Assembly (NCBI GenBank): GCA_965262915.1
Contig: OZ253564.1
Coordinates: 4,768,001-4,832,000 of the forward strand
DNA: 64,000 nt
DNA from: Candidatus Spongiisociaceae bacterium
Lineage (GTDB): Bacteria; Actinomycetota; Acidimicrobiia; Spongiisociales; Spongiisociaceae
Direction: 5' to 3'
In this document: positions 60,680 to 64,000 of the stretch, in pieces
Numbering within the stretch: position 1 is the first letter of the stretch
Layout: each line of letters begins with the position of its first letter
Notes under the pieces: generated by a model
Database searches by the model: none
Told to the model about the DNA's origin: nothing
What the model saw: only the letters and a program-made list of their open reading frames with translations
Program-made: the position numbers and the translations under genes

Positions 60680-61225
60680 CTACGGGTTCGTCACTCGGAA
60701 ACGGAGCAGTTCGACCGCTTCGGAGGGCGTTTCCACCATGGAGACCAGCCCGGGGGTGGTCCGCAAGTCCCGGGTGACTCGATCGACGATGCTCCCCCAA
60801 GCACCCCGGAAGGCGATGATCGGAACGGGGTCCTCCCCTCGCCGAGCGGAGAGAAAGGCATCGTTCCAGGCCACAGCCAACTCGGTCAGCGTCCCGATGC
60901 TCCCGGGCAACACGACGACGGCGCACGCCATCTGCGACATCACCTTGATCCGGTCAATGAGGCTCTCGGTCGGGACCTCCTCGGTCAGGAACCGGTTACC
61001 GCCCGGCCTGCCCGGGAACAGGGGCGGGGCGGTCACGCCGATCGCCCGGCCGCCGGCCCCGGCCGCCCCGGCCGACACAGCTTCCATCAACCCCGAATAA
61101 CCACCGTTGACAACCGCGAATCCGGCCTCCGCCAAGAGGCGGCCCAACTCGACCGCCGACTCGTAGACCCCGCCACCGGGAACCGACTGCGACGAACCGT
61201 AGACGGCCACGATCTTGTCCTGCAT
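60680..61225 (-). CDS. LOG family protein
   Basis: NGGYSGLMEAVS, LPGSIGTLTEL. Confidence 0.85.
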   Translation of the reverse strand: MQDKIVAVYGSSQSVPGGGVYESAVELGRLLAEAGFAVVNGGYSGLMEAVSAGAAGAGGRAIGVTAPPLFPGRPGGNRFLTEEVPTESLIDRIKVMSQMACAVVVLPGSIGTLTELAVAWNDAFLSARRGEDPVPIIAFRGAWGSIVDRVTRDLRTTPGLVSMVETPSEAVELLRFRVTNP

Positions 61226-61430
61226 CGGAGTGAGGGTACACGCGCCCACCGGTGGCCGGTGGTCCGCCAACCGCCGACGCCGCACGTCACCGGCTGCCGA
61301 TCGTTCCCCATTCCGCCCCCGTGACCACTAGTCACGCCCACTGATTAGGGTCGGTTGTGAAGCGACAAACTCAATCGGACGCTGGTCACCGGGCCACCGG
61401 CCACCGGCCACCGAGAGGAGCGAGGAGGCC

Positions 61431-62204
61431 ATGTTGAGCGACCGTCCCCGGTTCTACAAGCGAAGGTCCGTACAGATCGGTGCGGTGGTGTTGGCCATCC
61501 CGGCGCTTGCCCTGGCCTGGTGGCTGGGCTCACCCCTGTTCATCGATCAAGTGGTTGACGAGCCCTTCCCCAGGGCAGCTATGGCCGTTATCCCCGAAGA
61601 CATGACCGCCGAGGACGTCGAGCAGAAGATGGTGGAGGCCGAGGCCACGAACATACCGGCGTACGAGGACATGCCGGAACCCGAATCGGCGATGACCACC
61701 ACGAGTAACGCAACCGCCACGACCACGGCATCCACCAAGCCGACCAATACCACCGGAGCTACCGCCGAGGCAAGCACCGAAGGAACCGACCAGACCGATA
61801 CGTCGACGACGGTCCCCGAAGCCCCGGAGGAACAACCGGTGGAGCCCGAGTCCGCCGGTCCGGTGGCTCTTGTCACCGGCGCAATCATGGACGGTGACTC
61901 CTTCCACATGGGTTCCGGGCAGGTGACCCTCTACCGCCTGGAGGACGGTTCGCACCTCCTCCGGCTGGAGGACATCCAGGTGACCAACGGACCCGACCTC
62001 CATGTTCTCCTCACGCCGGTACACGGTCTGGAAGGGCGCGCCGACTTGCAGGAAGCCGGATACATAGACCTGGGCTCCCTCAAGGGGAACATCGGCTCCC
62101 AGAACTACGAAATACCGGCCGGCTACGCGATCCCGGAACAAGTCACCATGGTGATCTACTGCGTCCCGTTCCACGTGGTGTTCGCCACAGCGGAGCTAGC
62201 CTGA
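61431..62204 (+). CDS. DM13-domain protein with N-terminal TM and Thr-rich linker
   Basis: SPLFIDQVVDE, NGPDLHV, LKGNIGSQNY, IYCVPFHVVFATA. Confidence 0.88.
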   Translation: MLSDRPRFYKRRSVQIGAVVLAIPALALAWWLGSPLFIDQVVDEPFPRAAMAVIPEDMTAEDVEQKMVEAEATNIPAYEDMPEPESAMTTTSNATATTTASTKPTNTTGATAEASTEGTDQTDTSTTVPEAPEEQPVEPESAGPVALVTGAIMDGDSFHMGSGQVTLYRLEDGSHLLRLEDIQVTNGPDLHVLLTPVHGLEGRADLQEAGYIDLGSLKGNIGSQNYEIPAGYAIPEQVTMVIYCVPFHVVFATAELA

Positions 62205-62223
62205 CACCACGAGGTCGGCTTTC

Positions 62224-62367
62224 GAGGGTGCGCGGATAGGTGCTCACCTGGGGAAACACCGAGTACGACCGTTGATGAGTACACAGCGACGACCAGGGGT
62301 TCTTCGAGCGGGAGCCGGTTAGGTCTATCGACAGGGGCGGTTACGGTCCGCCTATCCGCGCACCCTC
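62224..62367. mobile_element. MITE, subfamily A (144 bp), inverted relative to 3536-3681
   Basis: GAGGGTGCGCGGATAGG TIRs; shares GGATAGGTGCTCACCTGGGG with the first copy; abuts the E1 TAA. Confidence 0.82.
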
Positions 62368-64000
62368 TTACCCGAAAGTCTCCTTCACAGCGGACATGAC
62401 TCGCTGCGGGGTGATGATGGCATGGTGCTCGACCCCGAACTGGGGCCAGGGTGCATCGAACCCGGCAACCCGCACGATGGGCGCCTCCAGGTCGTACAGG
62501 GCCTCCTCCGCCACGGTCGCCGCCACCTCGGCGGCCATGCCGGCGGTGCGGGGCGGCTCCTGGACCAGCACCAACCGTCCGGTCTTGCCGACCGAGTCGA
62601 GAACCGTCTCCCTGTCCCAGGGCTTCAGCGTCCTCAGATCGATCACCTCGCACTCCACCCCGTCCCGGGCCAGGTTCTCCGCCGCCTCCAGAGCGACGCG
62701 CACCATGCCGCCGTAGGTGACCACCGTCACGTCGGAGCCCGGTCGGCGGATGCGGGCCCGGCCGATCGGAAGCGTGTAGTAGCCCGTGGGCACGTCCTCC
62801 CGCCCGGCCCTGTAGAGCACCTTCGGCTCGAGGAACAGGACGGGGTCGGGACTCTCCGCGGCTGCGGTGAGCAGGCCCTTCGCGTCCACCGCGGTGGACG
62901 GGATCACCACCGTCAGACCCGGGGTATGGACGAAATAGGCTTCGGGGCTGTCGGCGTGGAACTCGTGCGGAGCGATTCCCCCACCGTTGGGCCAGCGCAC
63001 CACGATCGGCAACGACACGTTGCTCCTGGTACGGAAGCGAAAGCGCGCCATGTGGCTCACGATCTGGTCGAAAGCCGGGTACACGAAGCCGTCGAACTGG
63101 ATCTCGACAACCGGGCGAGCGCCCCCGATGGCCATGCCCACCGCCGTGCCCGCTATTCCGGTCTCGCACAGCGGGGTGTCGATGATCCGATCGGGGCCGT
63201 AACGGTCGAGAAGACCTTCGGTGATCCGGAAGACGCCACCGGTCATCCCGACATCCTGCCCCATCATGAGAGCTTCGTCGTAGCGGTCCAGGATCTCGAA
63301 GAGGGCCGCGTTTATCGCCTCGGCCATCGTCCAGCGGCCGGTGGGACCGCGGAGGGGAGGGTCGTAGCCGATCGTCCACAACTCGTCGGGGGTCACCGCC
63401 GACGGTCTACCTCCCTCCCGCCTCATCACGGTTCCGAGCTGGCGCGCCAGATCCCGCGGTATCCGGGCATACGCGTGGCGGACGGCCTCCTCCCGCGGTG
63501 GCTCCTCCCGCGCTTCGAGGTCCGCCAGAGCCTCGTCGAACTTCACCGATTCGGCCTTGACCTGATCGTCTATCTCATCGGACCACAGACCTTGGTCGAC
63601 CAGGAAGCGTTTGAACCGGATGAGAGGATCCCTGTCCCGCCAGGCTCTGACCTCCTCCTCCGTCCTGTACAGGCTCGGATCGTCGGCGGTGGCATGGGGA
63701 CCGTACCGGTAGGTCATGGCTTCGATCAGGGTAGGCCCGCCCCCGCCCCGGGCCCGTTCGATCGCATCCCTGGTGACCGTGTACACGGCGAGGGCGTCCA
63801 TACCGTCCACCTGCACGCCGGGCATCCCGTACCCGACCGCCTTGTCCGCCAGCGAACTCGCCGCGGTCTGCTTCCGGACCGGCATCGAGATGGCCCAACC
63901 GTTGTTGGAGCACAGGAACACGGTCGGGGTCTTCCAGAGGCCGGCGAAGTTCATGGAGGAGTGGAAGTCGCTCTCGGAGGTGGCCCCGTCCCCGAAGTAG
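62368..64000 (-). CDS. fused alpha/beta E1 of a 2-oxoacid (pyruvate or branched-chain) dehydrogenase, 5' end outside window
   Basis: FGDGATSESDFH...NNGWAIS (TPP motif), TYRYGPHATADDP, then GQDVG, DTPLCE, EIQFDGF, IDLRTL in one frame. Confidence 0.92.
   Translation of the reverse strand, partial: YFGDGATSESDFHSSMNFAGLWKTPTVFLCSNNGWAISMPVRKQTAASSLADKAVGYGMPGVQVDGMDALAVYTVTRDAIERARGGGGPTLIEAMTYRYGPHATADDPSLYRTEEEVRAWRDRDPLIRFKRFLVDQGLWSDEIDDQVKAESVKFDEALADLEAREEPPREEAVRHAYARIPRDLARQLGTVMRREGGRPSAVTPDELWTIGYDPPLRGPTGRWTMAEAINAALFEILDRYDEALMMGQDVGMTGGVFRITEGLLDRYGPDRIIDTPLCETGIAGTAVGMAIGGARPVVEIQFDGFVYPAFDQIVSHMARFRFRTRSNVSLPIVVRWPNGGGIAPHEFHADSPEAYFVHTPGLTVVIPSTAVDAKGLLTAAAESPDPVLFLEPKVLYRAGREDVPTGYYTLPIGRARIRRPGSDVTVVTYGGMVRVALEAAENLARDGVECEVIDLRTLKPWDRETVLDSVGKTGRLVLVQEPPRTAGMAAEVAATVAEEALYDLEAPIVRVAGFDAPWPQFGVEHHAIITPQRVMSAVKETFG

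Overview
GC-rich actinobacterial chromosomal window; the gene content suggests Acidimicrobiia, possibly host-associated (inference). Core content: glcB (partial), an alpha-hydroxy-acid oxidase, the conserved HAD-6C RNA-ssd-tad/flp-DUF1998 helicase neighbourhood split by a zinc transport island, a reductive pyrimidine catabolism cluster with an F420-dependent LLM, an aromatic amino acid decarboxylase, leuCD, lgt, an M1 aminopeptidase, gnd, ars genes, ppgK, hflX, tRNA-Sec, a sigma-70 factor and a fused 2-oxoacid dehydrogenase E1. Accessory content: a complete IS1380 with a target duplication, an IS110 remnant, four GAGGGTG-ended MITEs (three abutting stop codons), four toxin-antitoxin loci (three with broken toxins) and an orphan methyltransferase. 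Most notable: (1) a DAHP synthase domain that has lost essentially all catalytic motifs, fused to an intact-looking chorismate mutase behind a Tyr/Phe leader-peptide attenuator; (2) an unannotated UxxC selenoprotein of the Rv2466c/DsbA family with a SECIS-like hairpin; (3) a DUF3800-like gene flanked by structured RNAs; (4) several orphan structured RNAs, one carrying a solitary CRISPR-like repeat. All calls come from reading the sequence; no searches were run.
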